Part shown: positions 18,028 through 29,608 of the stretch, in pieces | Numbering within the stretch: position 1 is the first letter of the stretch | Layout of the letters: every line of letters starts with the position of its first letter | Virus record (IMG/VR): IMGVR_UViG_3300037400_001134 | Coordinates: 11,059-75,058 of that record | Length of the DNA: 64,000 bases | Direction: 5' to 3' (one strand) | Origin: a virus | Taxonomy: Duplodnaviria; Caudoviricetes | The notes under the pieces: model-generated | What the model saw: only the letters and a program-made list of their open reading frames with translations | Told to the model about the DNA's origin: nothing | Database searches by the model: none | Position numbers and translations under genes: made by a program

Positions 18028-21000
18028 ATGGGCGAAGAAGATGTAATCATCCCTATAAAAGTAGAGGTACAAGATTCAGATTCTACCACCTCATATTTAG
18101 CTAAACTAAAGTCACATCTCGACAGTATCCAAAAGTCTCTTTCCGCAGATTCTAAAGGAAATACTACTCTTGAAAATGTTAAAAATGCAGCCCAGCAGTC
18201 TATAGAACATATAGAGCAGTTGAAAGAGGAATTGGGCAGTATTACACAAGAGTCCGCAGAGAATAATGAATTTGTCAAAGAGTTGTTTAATCTCTATATG
18301 CAGGTTAAAAGAGGTGTTGGCGAGTATGCGGGAGCTTCTGATAACGTAATAGCAACACAAAAAGAAATGTGGCAAGAAGCTAAAGACTATAATGCGTCTT
18401 ATCAAAAAGAGTCTCAGGAACGAGCTGATGCCGCAGTAGCTAGTATAGATGCGGAATTAAAAGAATTATATCAACTTATTAGAGCATATCAAGTTTTGGC
18501 ACATAATATATCACAAACTGGAGATATACGCACGTTAGGTGCTAAAGCTACTGACCCTGATTATCAGAGCAATAAGGACAGACTTAATGACACAGGAACT
18601 CCATTTCAAGCTAGAGCTGTGATAGAAGCTAAGAGAATGGAAGAAGAATTAGCTAGAGCTGAAGAGGAACGAGCTAAGGCCGAAGAAGAGGCCGAAAGGG
18701 AAGCTCAAAGGGCCACACAAGCACAAATAGCATCACTTAACAAAGAAAGAGCGGCAGTACAACAGTCTACAGCTCAGTATTATTACAAACTACGTTCGGT
18801 TAAGATGTTACAACACACTGTTGGTGAAATATCTGGTGTGTTAAATAAGTTTGGAGCTACCTCTTTAAGAGTTGCTAGTAAATCATTAAGTGCATACTTA
18901 AAATTGATTCCTGGCGTATCCAGACTGCAAAAGGCTATGTCTAAAACACATAGAACACAAAAGAGCTTTAATAATGAGTTAAAGAATACAAATAAACATT
19001 CTGAAGGATTTAATTTCTCCCTCAAAGATTTAATAAAGAACCTGTTGAAATATACTCTAGGTATAAGGTCATTATTTGTACTATTTAACAAGTTAAGAAC
19101 CGCTATGGTTAATGGCTTTAATGATATGGTTAAAGTCTATGACCCTGTAAACCAGCAGTTATCTTCTATATCAACGTCCCTTTTACAGATGAGGAATGCT
19201 ATAGCGGCTGCAGTTGAGCCAATGTTATCTGTTTTAGCACCAGCATTAGAGAGAATAGCTAATCTTGTAGCAGATGTGGCATATAAAGTAGCATCATTTA
19301 TTGCCGCACTTACTGGAAGAAACATGGTAATAAAAGCTACAAGGGCACAAGTTAACTATGCTAAATCTCTTGATAAGACTGCTGGCTCTGCTAAAAAAGC
19401 AAAGAATGAATTAGCCGCTTTTGATGACCTTGATGTTTTACAGAAGCATGATAGCGGTGATGATGGAATGCCTGATGCAGGAGCTATGTTTGAAGAGGTT
19501 CCTATTGATGAGACAATGAAAGATTGGGCTGAAAAGTTTAAAGAGTTTTTGGATAAACTCATGGCACCAATTATGAAAGCATGGGATAGAGTCAAGGACT
19601 ATGTAATAAATGGTTGGAAATATATGTGCCAACAGCTCAAAGCATTGTGGGCAGATGTTGCTAGAGATTTCTGGAGAGTATGGGGCGAGTTCAAAACAGA
19701 AGAGATGTTCAGATATATCTTCTTGTCAATAGGAGATATATTACTCATTATTGGTGAACTTGCGGCTAAGATACGAGAAGCATGGAACTACGCTGAAAAT
19801 GGATATAGGATACTTGCATCCATAAGAGATATTTGTTATGAAATTGCTAAACATTTCCATGACATAACCAGTTATACAAGAGATTGGGTACAGGAACAGT
19901 TAAATCTTAAACCTCTATTTACTGCTATAGCTGATGTTATGCAGAATCAAGTTGTGCCCGCAGTAAGAAGAGTATTAGATTTAGTAGTTCTTATAGCTAC
20001 TCAAGGTGTATTAGAGTTAGCAAGGGACTTCATCAACACCAATCTGCCAGTACTTGTTAGGGCAGTAGGATATTTTATTGAAGGCTTCGGTCTTATAGCC
20101 AGAAGATTGCAGACTGCATTAGAAACTGGTACAAAAGCTGGTGACCATATTGAATATACAAGAAGTAGATTACAACAGTTACTTGACAAGGTAGAGCATT
20201 TCTCCCACCTAATCTCAGAAACATTTAAACAGATGGGAGAAGATTTCAAAGACTGGGCAGATAAACTTAATTTTAGACCACTTATAGACTCTTGTATCGA
20301 ATTACTGAATAATCTTACACCTTTGTTTGAGTTCTTGTTTGGCAAGTTTGAGTGGTTAGATGGTCAGTTTGTACATACAGAAGGCGCTGTAGGAAAACTT
20401 TGGAATGAAACTATATTACCATTTTGGGAGTATCTCATAGAAGATGGTGGTCCAAGACTTTTAGATATACTTGGTCAAATATTCGGGGAGTATGATGAAG
20501 AGACAGGATTAGGTATAGATTGGGAACACTTCACAGAAACATTCAATACATTTGTAGATGCACTTGAGCCATTTTTTGAACTAGCTTGGGAAGTATTGCT
20601 ACAGATAATTGAAGATTTAGGTAAAGCATTTGATGATTTTGTAAACTCAGGCTCACTTGATTGGATTGTTAAGCATTTCAAAGATTGGGTAGATAATGCA
20701 GACCCTGAGGAAATAGCCCATAAACTTGAAAAATTTGTAGAGATATTTATTGGTGCTGTGGCCGCATTCAATCTTGCTAATACAGTGATATTACCATTTG
20801 TTGAAAACTGGATGACATTCCATAACTTTGCCAACAACATAGCGATGAATAAGAAGATAGACGAGATTACAAAGTCTATAAAACTATTAAGTGGAGAGAT
20901 GGTAGTATCAACCACAACTACCGATCCTCTAATTACAGCATTAGATGGACTAGCTGGAGCATTTAATACTACAGGCTCACCATTATATATACTCACTACT

Positions 21001-23172
21001 AAAGTAGAAGATTTTATAACAAAACTTTCACCGCTTGCTAAACCTGCAGGAATAATTACTGTAATCATTGGCTTATTTGAGGCATTCAGTAGCGCCGCTG
21101 AGATGATGGAGAATGGATTTAGTTTAGCTGGAGAAGCTGGTGTAATATTCGGTGGAGCACTTACTACAGTAGGGTTAATTATAGCAGGAGTCACAGCATG
21201 GCCAGCAGTCATAGTTGGAGCATTAGTTGCAATTATAGCTAATCTCGGAGCATTTGGAGATGACATACTCAGATGGGTATGGGAAACAGGTAATTCAATA
21301 CGAGAGAAAATTGGAGAATTTTTCCATAATATAGGATTTTATCTTGGTGCTGCCATTCACACTGTCATAGCATTAGTGATAGAGAAGTTAGGCGCTTTAC
21401 CTGGAGAAATATCTAATTTTATCACTAATACAGATTGGAAACAATTTGGTATAAATATACTTAAAGGTATATTTGCTATATTCTTAGCTGTAGGTGAACT
21501 GATTTCTTGGTTAGGTACTGCAATTGCTAATCTTGTATCTGGATTTATTGAAGGGTTATGTACTGGGTTTGATATGCACTCACCTTCAAAACTCATGGAG
21601 CCATATGGTCAGAATATTCTAAAGGGCATACTTGAAGGTATAATAAGCGCAGTTACAGGTATAGGTGATTGGATAAAAGAACATATCTTTGAGCCTATGA
21701 TTGAGGGTGTAAGGGCTGCATTTGGTATAGTTGGTGGCGTAGCTAACACATTTAAAGAAATTGGTGGTAATATAATCGAAGGTTTAAAGACTGGTATATC
21801 TGATGCTTGGGAAAAAGGTAAAGATTTTGTTGGTGGAATATTCCAGAAAGTAACTGACAAAGCACATGATACTTATGATGAACATTCTCCATCAAGAGTA
21901 TTCCAGACAATCGGTGGATTCTTGATTGAAGGCATGAAGATTGGTATAGATAATGCTATGAATCTTGTAAGTGAATCTCTTAACACAGTATTTGAAAGCA
22001 TCATTAAACCATTCTTCGCACCAGAAGCTTGGTCTGAATTAGGTACAGGTATAACAGAAGGATTGCAGTTATCATTTGATAATATGTTCATCATGTTTGA
22101 AGAGACATTGAATACATTATGGGAAACATATATTGTTCCGTTCTTTTCAGCAGATAAGTGGATGGGAGAATTACTTACACCATTTATTGAGATGTTACAC
22201 ACCGTCTGGCAAGAATTTTTAGCTATGTTCAATACTGCCACAGCTAATTTATTCAATAGCATTAAAACAAAGTGGACAACTTTAAGTACATGGTTTACAA
22301 ATACGTGGAATAAGTTTACTGCCAACTGGTTCGCTCAGTTCAAAGTAAAGTGGACAACACTCAGTACATGGTTCACAAATACGTGGAATAAATACACATC
22401 AGATTGGTTTACAGAGTTTAAGCGTAAGTGGACAACGGCAAGCACATGGTTCACAACTACATGGAACAAATATACATCAGATTGGTTCACTGAGTTGAAA
22501 AATAAGTGGAATAAATTAGATACTTGGTTCAATACCACTTGGGATAAAGCAATAACTACATGGTTCGCCAATACACAGAAACATTGGCAAAATCTTCTTG
22601 ATTGGTGGGATAAGTCAATGAATATATGGTGGATAAATCATGTAGAGCCGTGGTTCAAGGAAGATAAATGGCTACCTCAGTTTGAGAACATATATAAAGT
22701 TGCAGTAAAAGTATTTACTGCAATCAAGGAGTTCATATCTCAAAAGATGCAGGAAGCCAGAGATTTCTGTGTTGAAATGTGTGAGGATATGTCAGAGTCT
22801 TTAAGAAGTACAATATCACTTGTTGAGGAACTCATTGAAAAACTGGAACAGCTTGCATCTATGGGTGGCGCAGATATAGACGTAAGTTTTGCAGGTAATG
22901 CCCCTCACCTTGCGCAAGGCGCAGTAATTCCTCCAAACAGAGAGTTTATGGCAGTTCTTGGTGACCAGACAAGTGGCACTAACATTGAGACTCCACTTAA
23001 TACTATGCTTGAAGCATTTAGAACGGTTATGGACGAGTATAGTTCGCCAAGAGGTGCACAAAATGCTACAATGGAAGTAGATGGAGAAACATTTGCTAGA
23101 CTTATGTTACCATATGTAATGAACGAAATGCATAGGCAAGGTTATAATACAGAAATTATAGAGGGTACATGA
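18028..23172 (+). CDS. tape measure protein (1714 aa)
   Basis: Long helical protein; LAAFDDLDVL, two HSPS motifs, Trp-periodic repeats, HLAQGAVIPPN C-terminus. Confidence 0.95.
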   Translation: MGEEDVIIPIKVEVQDSDSTTSYLAKLKSHLDSIQKSLSADSKGNTTLENVKNAAQQSIEHIEQLKEELGSITQESAENNEFVKELFNLYMQVKRGVGEYAGASDNVIATQKEMWQEAKDYNASYQKESQERADAAVASIDAELKELYQLIRAYQVLAHNISQTGDIRTLGAKATDPDYQSNKDRLNDTGTPFQARAVIEAKRMEEELARAEEERAKAEEEAEREAQRATQAQIASLNKERAAVQQSTAQYYYKLRSVKMLQHTVGEISGVLNKFGATSLRVASKSLSAYLKLIPGVSRLQKAMSKTHRTQKSFNNELKNTNKHSEGFNFSLKDLIKNLLKYTLGIRSLFVLFNKLRTAMVNGFNDMVKVYDPVNQQLSSISTSLLQMRNAIAAAVEPMLSVLAPALERIANLVADVAYKVASFIAALTGRNMVIKATRAQVNYAKSLDKTAGSAKKAKNELAAFDDLDVLQKHDSGDDGMPDAGAMFEEVPIDETMKDWAEKFKEFLDKLMAPIMKAWDRVKDYVINGWKYMCQQLKALWADVARDFWRVWGEFKTEEMFRYIFLSIGDILLIIGELAAKIREAWNYAENGYRILASIRDICYEIAKHFHDITSYTRDWVQEQLNLKPLFTAIADVMQNQVVPAVRRVLDLVVLIATQGVLELARDFINTNLPVLVRAVGYFIEGFGLIARRLQTALETGTKAGDHIEYTRSRLQQLLDKVEHFSHLISETFKQMGEDFKDWADKLNFRPLIDSCIELLNNLTPLFEFLFGKFEWLDGQFVHTEGAVGKLWNETILPFWEYLIEDGGPRLLDILGQIFGEYDEETGLGIDWEHFTETFNTFVDALEPFFELAWEVLLQIIEDLGKAFDDFVNSGSLDWIVKHFKDWVDNADPEEIAHKLEKFVEIFIGAVAAFNLANTVILPFVENWMTFHNFANNIAMNKKIDEITKSIKLLSGEMVVSTTTTDPLITALDGLAGAFNTTGSPLYILTTKVEDFITKLSPLAKPAGIITVIIGLFEAFSSAAEMMENGFSLAGEAGVIFGGALTTVGLIIAGVTAWPAVIVGALVAIIANLGAFGDDILRWVWETGNSIREKIGEFFHNIGFYLGAAIHTVIALVIEKLGALPGEISNFITNTDWKQFGINILKGIFAIFLAVGELISWLGTAIANLVSGFIEGLCTGFDMHSPSKLMEPYGQNILKGILEGIISAVTGIGDWIKEHIFEPMIEGVRAAFGIVGGVANTFKEIGGNIIEGLKTGISDAWEKGKDFVGGIFQKVTDKAHDTYDEHSPSRVFQTIGGFLIEGMKIGIDNAMNLVSESLNTVFESIIKPFFAPEAWSELGTGITEGLQLSFDNMFIMFEETLNTLWETYIVPFFSADKWMGELLTPFIEMLHTVWQEFLAMFNTATANLFNSIKTKWTTLSTWFTNTWNKFTANWFAQFKVKWTTLSTWFTNTWNKYTSDWFTEFKRKWTTASTWFTTTWNKYTSDWFTELKNKWNKLDTWFNTTWDKAITTWFANTQKHWQNLLDWWDKSMNIWWINHVEPWFKEDKWLPQFENIYKVAVKVFTAIKEFISQKMQEARDFCVEMCEDMSESLRSTISLVEELIEKLEQLASMGGADIDVSFAGNAPHLAQGAVIPPNREFMAVLGDQTSGTNIETPLNTMLEAFRTVMDEYSSPRGAQNATMEVDGETFARLMLPYVMNEMHRQGYNTEIIEGT
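22262..22575 (+). repeat. four tandem 26-aa (78-bp) Trp-rich repeats within the TMP
   Basis: KxKWTTLSTWFTNTWNKYTSDWFTEF-type units, with DNA-level similarity. Confidence 0.8.
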
Positions 23173-23173
23173 T

Positions 23174-23566
23174 ATGGGTAAATACTTAATCATTGATGGA
23201 AAAGAATATCCTGTAGCATTGGCAGAAGTAAAAAGGCGTGCTGATATATTAGATAAGTACGCCTACAGGTCAGAAGATGGAAACTTACACAGAGAAGTAA
23301 TAGGTACATATCACAATTATGACCTACAAATTGGAATTACACATAATAAAGCATTATATAACGAGTTGTTTGATGTCCTTTCTGAGCCTACTGCTTATCA
23401 CGAAATATGCTTACCACATGATGGAATCACTTATAAGGCATATTGTTCTAGTGTAAATGATACTATTCTTAGAATAGAGAATGATGGTACACTCTATAAG
23501 GGACTGTCATGTAAGTTCACTGCCATTGAGCCTAGACGTAGACCATCAAGACGAGCATCTATTTAA
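23174..23566 (+). CDS. distal tail protein (Dit-like)
   Basis: 130 aa right after the TMP; AYRSEDGNLHREVIGTY. Confidence 0.65.
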   Translation: MGKYLIIDGKEYPVALAEVKRRADILDKYAYRSEDGNLHREVIGTYHNYDLQIGITHNKALYNELFDVLSEPTAYHEICLPHDGITYKAYCSSVNDTILRIENDGTLYKGLSCKFTAIEPRRRPSRRASI

Positions 23567-23576
23567 GGAGTTATAT

Positions 23577-25364
23577 ATGGACGAAAGATTCACCAACTTT
23601 TATTTAGATTATGATTTACAGGACGTAACTGCTTCTAGGGATGCATCATTTCCTACTCCAGCAAATCAGCAATCATTTACACATATTCAAGATGTAGTGG
23701 ATAAGGACAGTATTGAGCTGTCCTTTCCACGATTTACATTTGAACATAACTTTAATGTATTAGATGGCTCATTAAGACCTTTGGAAGTTGAAGGAAGTGT
23801 ACCTATAACAGTTCCTTATTTTAACAAGACATTATCAGATGCTAATGGAGATTATGACTCTGTACCTACACTTACCTTAACATTCAGTCGCACTCATTCA
23901 TCATTCGGCTTTATGTTCTACTTCATAGAGGATTATCCTCTTGAAATGGAACTTATGTTTTGGGATAAGTTTGGTGAGCCTATTACTAGATTCACTTGTA
24001 AAGTAGATAAACTAGCATATACAACATTCCATGATGTTTATGGCTATGCTAGGATGCAAGTAAGATTCACCAAAACACTTCCTAAACGATATGTTAAACT
24101 AAAATACATTAAGTTTGGAGTGGTGCTTACATGGGACGAAACTAATGTACAGAATGGTACAATAGTTCAACAGTCTGATAGAATGTCAAAACAGTTGGCA
24201 ATCGATACTCTTTCATTCACGGTTGTTGATGTTGCTGGCAAATTAAATCTTGGCAATACTGCTGGTATGCACAGATATTTTCAGCGTGACCAGATTATGT
24301 ATCCATATGAAACAATCCAGATATTACAGAATGATGGCACATATACTGAGCAAAGAATAAACTTGGGTAAGTATTATCTCAATACATTCTCAGAACAAAC
24401 TAATCTTGGCAAAATGACTTGTCAAAGTTATTTAGGACTTATGGACTCTATCATGTTTTATGGTGGTGAGATATACAATGGTAAGAAAGCAGGACTTATT
24501 ATTGAGGCTATATTCACTACAATGGGATTAGAGCCTGAGGAGTATTCTATTGATAGTGAAACATATAATCATCCATTGTATGGAACCATTACTCCAAAGA
24601 AATGTAGAGAAGCATTAAAGGAAGTTCTGTTTGCTACACATTCTGTTATTAACAGCCATAATCTTGAAAGAATTGAAATTAAGAAGTCTACTGCAATACA
24701 GAAACCGGATATTTATAAAGGTCGTAAATTTAGCACCAAGACAAAGAAAAATGATTACTGTTATCAAGTAGATGTTAAATATACAACCTACACCAAAGAG
24801 AGTGCTACTAAAGAAATATCAAAAGGTGTATATGATGCTGGTACTCATACAGTCTACTTTACTGCTCCATGTACAGAACTTACAATTAACAGAGGCACTA
24901 TAAATAGCCAGTCAACATACTCATGTACATTTACAGTTCCTAGTGCAGGAGAAGTAATATTAACTGGCTATGCATATTCAACAGCCACAAGTATTGCATC
25001 CAATATGCAGGAGAATCTTGAAGCTGGTCAGGTTGCATCTGTACAGACATTCACTACCAACTTACTTAATGCTAAACAGGCATTAGAACTTGCCCAGAAA
25101 TTATTAAAATATCTCAATTATGACCTCACTATTACAGTCAAGGCATTAGCAGATGATAACGATATGGAAGATTTCCACATAGTTGAAAATCCTGTTGATA
25201 GATTCAGCAATTACTATGGAATGTACACTAAGCGAAGTATAGATTTAACTGGCGGATTTATAAGTACAGACACATTGATAGGAACAACTATTGAAGAACC
25301 TATAACACCATTTGCTAGAGAAGATAGGTTTGAGCTTTATGCCGGTGGGGAGACAATTATATGA
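23577..25364 (+). CDS. baseplate hub / tail tip protein (start revised from 23481 to 23577)
   Basis: SD AAGGAG before ATG 23577; follows Dit; LGKYYL motif. Confidence 0.7.
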   Translation: MDERFTNFYLDYDLQDVTASRDASFPTPANQQSFTHIQDVVDKDSIELSFPRFTFEHNFNVLDGSLRPLEVEGSVPITVPYFNKTLSDANGDYDSVPTLTLTFSRTHSSFGFMFYFIEDYPLEMELMFWDKFGEPITRFTCKVDKLAYTTFHDVYGYARMQVRFTKTLPKRYVKLKYIKFGVVLTWDETNVQNGTIVQQSDRMSKQLAIDTLSFTVVDVAGKLNLGNTAGMHRYFQRDQIMYPYETIQILQNDGTYTEQRINLGKYYLNTFSEQTNLGKMTCQSYLGLMDSIMFYGGEIYNGKKAGLIIEAIFTTMGLEPEEYSIDSETYNHPLYGTITPKKCREALKEVLFATHSVINSHNLERIEIKKSTAIQKPDIYKGRKFSTKTKKNDYCYQVDVKYTTYTKESATKEISKGVYDAGTHTVYFTAPCTELTINRGTINSQSTYSCTFTVPSAGEVILTGYAYSTATSIASNMQENLEAGQVASVQTFTTNLLNAKQALELAQKLLKYLNYDLTITVKALADDNDMEDFHIVENPVDRFSNYYGMYTKRSIDLTGGFISTDTLIGTTIEEPITPFAREDRFELYAGGETII

Positions 25365-25930
25365 GATTTAAGCCAAATTATACAACAGAACAAGAGCCTA
25401 ATATACTACGTAATACCGAAGGCGCCATGCGCATGGAAATTAAGTCGAATGACCCTGATGTTGGCGGCATAGACTGTATATTAGACAGGACGCAGGAAGA
25501 TGTTGACAGAGTAAAAGAGCTGACAAAGAAAATAGGTGATAGAACTATTACAGAGAAAGAGTGGGCAGAGTATGCTAAAAGCATGAAAGGAGCATTAAAC
25601 TATGCTGATTTAGATAGAATAGAATTTAATTTGATTACTCTTCAGGAATTATTTGCTCCATATATTACAATCAATTATTATAGTATGGCTAGAGATTATA
25701 TACCTCGTATACCTTACTTCGTGAATCTCTTGAAAAATGTACAGATGTTAAGAGATACAATGTATATACTGAGTACAACTCCAAGAGTTCCAGCACTTCC
25801 GTTATCTCACTATAAGAATTGGAATGATATAGAGCAGATAATCTATGATGTATATTGGATGTTTAGAAGATTTGAGCGAAGTTTCTACTATTGCGGTGAA
25901 ATTTATGCTAGTGGAAATGCCTTAATATAG
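25361..25930 (+). CDS. tail tip-associated protein
   Basis: LDRTQEDVDR...KGALNYADLDRIE...WNDIEQII motif of tail-tip proteins. Confidence 0.6.
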   Translation: MRFKPNYTTEQEPNILRNTEGAMRMEIKSNDPDVGGIDCILDRTQEDVDRVKELTKKIGDRTITEKEWAEYAKSMKGALNYADLDRIEFNLITLQELFAPYITINYYSMARDYIPRIPYFVNLLKNVQMLRDTMYILSTTPRVPALPLSHYKNWNDIEQIIYDVYWMFRRFERSFYYCGEIYASGNALI

Positions 25931-25963
25931 TATAATTAAAACATAAGAGAAAGGAGTTAAAAC

Positions 25964-27028
25964 ATGGCTTTTAACAAGAAAATCTGGAAAGACCGAGTAA
26001 GTGAGCAACCACAAAGACGAATACTTACCAATGTTGACAGCAACGAGGAAATGACCGTTGATGTTACTCGATTTGAGGGAATAGTAGTACAAGAAGGTGA
26101 TGCTTTCTCTGCTCAGAATATGAATGACCTTGAAACTAGAATAAAAAATTCTTTTGATAGTAATGAGGCAACGATAAATACTGTAAATACTAAAGCAAAT
26201 ACAAATGCCGCTAATATTACATCTTTACAGTCAAGTGTAACATCTGTTTCCAATCGAGTTACTACTAATACCAATAATATATCTTCATTGAGCAGTAGAA
26301 TGACTACTGTTGAAGGTAAAGCTAATACCAATGCCAATAATATTTCTAACCTTACAACTAGAATGGGTAATGTAGAAACTAAAGCTACCACTAATGCCAA
26401 CAATATTGCATCACTTGGTAATTCTATGACGGGTAAAGCTCCTACTAACCACGCATCTACTACAGCAGAATATGGTAAAGGCAGTACCTCACATTTTGGG
26501 CATTTAAAAATTAGTGATAATTATACTTCTAGTGCAGGTAATGCAAACGATGGTGTGGCAGCATCCAGTAAAGCAGTTTTTAGCTTAAAGCAGCGGATAG
26601 AATCGTCTTTACAAGCTATAAATGATGGAGTAATTGGTATTCGTAATCAATTAAAAGCAAATAACAACAGTTTCTATTTTGACTATAGAGATGGAAAATA
26701 TGGCTATAATACAGCAGCCAATCGAGGTGCTGATACATTCCACCCTTTTAAGCAAGCATATGAATTATTAGGGTCAGCAGATTTTAATATTTCAATTGGT
26801 GCGACAACTCAAGTAAGTATAAACCTTTCAAAAGTGCCTGATTATTACTATGCAAGTTTTTCAAGAATACAAGCTACTGCAGGTCATCATAGTGAAGACA
26901 CCAGAGGGGTTTCAATAATGAACTATAGCATTTCTGGGAATACTTGTACTGTAACACTTGCGCATGATTCCAAAACTGATGGATATGACCTAAACATATC
27001 TGGCACAGTTGTGGTATATGGATGCTAA
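25964..27028 (+). CDS. tail fibre protein 1
   Basis: Heptad coiled coil; HAS...YG...FGHLKISD fibre repeat; N-terminus paralogous to 27046. Confidence 0.8.
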   Translation: MAFNKKIWKDRVSEQPQRRILTNVDSNEEMTVDVTRFEGIVVQEGDAFSAQNMNDLETRIKNSFDSNEATINTVNTKANTNAANITSLQSSVTSVSNRVTTNTNNISSLSSRMTTVEGKANTNANNISNLTTRMGNVETKATTNANNIASLGNSMTGKAPTNHASTTAEYGKGSTSHFGHLKISDNYTSSAGNANDGVAASSKAVFSLKQRIESSLQAINDGVIGIRNQLKANNNSFYFDYRDGKYGYNTAANRGADTFHPFKQAYELLGSADFNISIGATTQVSINLSKVPDYYYASFSRIQATAGHHSEDTRGVSIMNYSISGNTCTVTLAHDSKTDGYDLNISGTVVVYGC

Positions 27029-27045
27029 TAGAAAGGAGCTAATTC

Positions 27046-29592
27046 ATGGGATATTCTAAGAAAACATGGGTCAATAGAGCTTCACAATATCCAAATAGAT
27101 ATAGAATGACTTCCCAAAATGGTAATGTTGCGGATGTTGCTATTGTGCCTAATGAAGGAAACATTACTGAGGAAGGTGATAGATTTGATGCTGCCACCAT
27201 GAATGACATGGAATCACGTATCAATAATGCCTTTAATTCGACAGACTCTTCAATGTCAACATTAAATACTACACTTAGAGGACTTATTACTGCTGAACAG
27301 ACTAGAGCAGTTGGTGAAGAAAATCTTTTAAGGCATGATGTTGACGAAAACACTACTAATATAGCGGCAGAAACTACTAGGGCTGAAAGTGCAGAGTCAG
27401 CATTGGGCACACGTATTACTAATGAAACAACCAGAGCCCAAGGCATAGAAGCAGGATTAAGACAGGATGTTAATGTACTACAGAATGATATGGATAATGC
27501 TGAGTCAGATATTGGCACTCTTACCACTCGTATCGCCACACTTGAACAGGATATTGAACTTGAAACTGACAGAGCGAAGGATGCTGAAACTGAATTAACT
27601 GGCAATATAGCAAGTGAAGTTACAAGAGCTGAGGGTGCTGAAACTGTACTACAGACCAACATCACTAATGAAGTCGATAGAGCCACAAGTGCTGAAAACA
27701 CTTTAGGAACAAGGATTACCAATGAGATTGCCCGAGCAACAGAAACAGAGGCAGCTATAACAGCTAGTCTAAATGAGGAGTCCTCAAGGGCACAACAGGC
27801 TGAAAGTGATTTACATGATTATGTAGACCAGAAGATAGCGACCACATATAAGCCTAGTGGAAGTATATATTTCGCTGATTTACCCGCATTAACAGAAAGT
27901 AGAGTAGGGAATGTCTATAATATTAAGGATGCATTTACTACTACCGCAGACTTTGTTGAGGGGGCAGGCCATAAGTACCCTATTGGAACTAATATAGGAA
28001 TACAGCGAATTGAAAAAGTCAACTATACAGAAGTTGAGCCTACAGGTGAAGAAAACCCAACAGAAGAAGTATGGTATGAATTGGTAAATGACGAATATGT
28101 ATTAAGTGAAGATACAGAGGTAGATGAAGCCAAGACATATTATGTTCGTACAGATTATGTATATTACTATGATGTAATGGCAGGATTCATTGACACTTCA
28201 CATTTTGTAACAGACACAGATTATGCCACTCTTACTAATGCAGGAATAGTAAAACCGGATGGAACTACAGTTGTAGTGGATGAAAATGGAGTACTTAGTA
28301 GTTTAGGTGGTGGACAAGGAAGTGCAGAAGCAGCCGAAAGAATGATTGCACCTATTGAACCTGATGCCAGTGCTAGTACAAGGGCATATACAGTAGGTAA
28401 AAGGCTAATACTTAATGAAGTATTGTATAAAGCCAAAACCGCAATAGCTATTGGAGATGAACTTGTAGTAGGCACTAATATAGAGTTGGCAGACAATGTA
28501 TCAACTCAATTAGATTTAAAAGCTGATTCAACAAGAGCATTTCTGATTGATGATACTACAGAAAATACACTTGCTGATGATGATACAGTACCATTTTATG
28601 ATACAAGTGCATCAAGTAAAAGAAATACCACATGGAGTAATATCGTAGCAAAGATAAAGTCAGCACTTGCTACTGTAGCTACGAGTGGTAGTTATAATGA
28701 CCTTTCAAATAAACCAACTATTCCAACAAAGACATCACAGCTTACAAATGATAGTGGATTTAAGACAACTGATAATAATACTACGTATAGTTTAGGTTCT
28801 GACGGAGAAAATGTAAAGCTTACTCCATCAAGTGGAAATGCACAATCTGTAGGACTTAGTACGCTCATAAATGGCCTTTCAACTGGTTCTGACGTCCCAG
28901 CAGATAATGATTACTATGTATCTCAATATGCAAATGGTGGAACAACAACAACATCTTATCATAGACGTCCTATGGTCAAAATATGGCAATATGTAAAAAG
29001 CAAACTTGCCACAGTTGCTACAAGCGGTAGTTATAATGATTTAACTAATAAGCCATCATCATTTACACCATCATCTCATGCTAGTACCGGAACTGGTTAT
29101 GGGGCAGGTAATGCAAGTAACTATGGGCATATTAAACTATCAGATACTTATACATCAAATGTAGGTGCAGCCGCAAACTCCATTGGAGCATCACAAACTG
29201 CATTGTATAATGTATATCAAAAGCTCTTAGATATTACTACTGTAAGATGGAAAGGCACACCTGTTACTCAAAACAATTCAACAACCTTGTTACACTTTAA
29301 TAGTGATATTACGAGTGTGTGCGGCGTAGCATTTTTACAATACGAGTTTTCAACAGCTATACAGTATAATGCTTATAGTAATTATATAGTTGGAACATTA
29401 CCTAGCGGCTGGTACGTAACTCAATCAGATATTTTCTGTGTTGGGACAGCTACTATAGATGACCACCCAGAAATTACTACTAGATGTGTAATAAAATCTA
29501 ATGGAGGTATCCAACTTGAAGTGAGGAATGTTGCAATACCTAAAAATGCTCGTGTTTGCCTTAGGGTTTGTTACAGACTTAAAAATGATTAA
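27046..29592 (+). CDS. tail fibre protein 2 (848 aa)
   Basis: ETTRAESAE repeats, two LATVATSGSYNDLxNKP repeats, YGHIKLSD repeat, beta-rich C-terminus. Confidence 0.85.
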   Translation: MGYSKKTWVNRASQYPNRYRMTSQNGNVADVAIVPNEGNITEEGDRFDAATMNDMESRINNAFNSTDSSMSTLNTTLRGLITAEQTRAVGEENLLRHDVDENTTNIAAETTRAESAESALGTRITNETTRAQGIEAGLRQDVNVLQNDMDNAESDIGTLTTRIATLEQDIELETDRAKDAETELTGNIASEVTRAEGAETVLQTNITNEVDRATSAENTLGTRITNEIARATETEAAITASLNEESSRAQQAESDLHDYVDQKIATTYKPSGSIYFADLPALTESRVGNVYNIKDAFTTTADFVEGAGHKYPIGTNIGIQRIEKVNYTEVEPTGEENPTEEVWYELVNDEYVLSEDTEVDEAKTYYVRTDYVYYYDVMAGFIDTSHFVTDTDYATLTNAGIVKPDGTTVVVDENGVLSSLGGGQGSAEAAERMIAPIEPDASASTRAYTVGKRLILNEVLYKAKTAIAIGDELVVGTNIELADNVSTQLDLKADSTRAFLIDDTTENTLADDDTVPFYDTSASSKRNTTWSNIVAKIKSALATVATSGSYNDLSNKPTIPTKTSQLTNDSGFKTTDNNTTYSLGSDGENVKLTPSSGNAQSVGLSTLINGLSTGSDVPADNDYYVSQYANGGTTTTSYHRRPMVKIWQYVKSKLATVATSGSYNDLTNKPSSFTPSSHASTGTGYGAGNASNYGHIKLSDTYTSNVGAAANSIGASQTALYNVYQKLLDITTVRWKGTPVTQNNSTTLLHFNSDITSVCGVAFLQYEFSTAIQYNAYSNYIVGTLPSGWYVTQSDIFCVGTATIDDHPEITTRCVIKSNGGIQLEVRNVAIPKNARVCLRVCYRLKND

Positions 29593-29608
29593 GAAAGGAA
29601 AAAACATT

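Noticed and set aside
18112-23061. Minus-strand ORFs opposite the TMP and other long genes
   Set aside because: No SD sites or recognisable motifs; they are shadows of the biased codon usage of the + strand genes.
25964-29592. Diversity-generating retroelement acting on the fibres
   Set aside because: No reverse transcriptase and no template/variable repeat pair differing only at adenines was seen.
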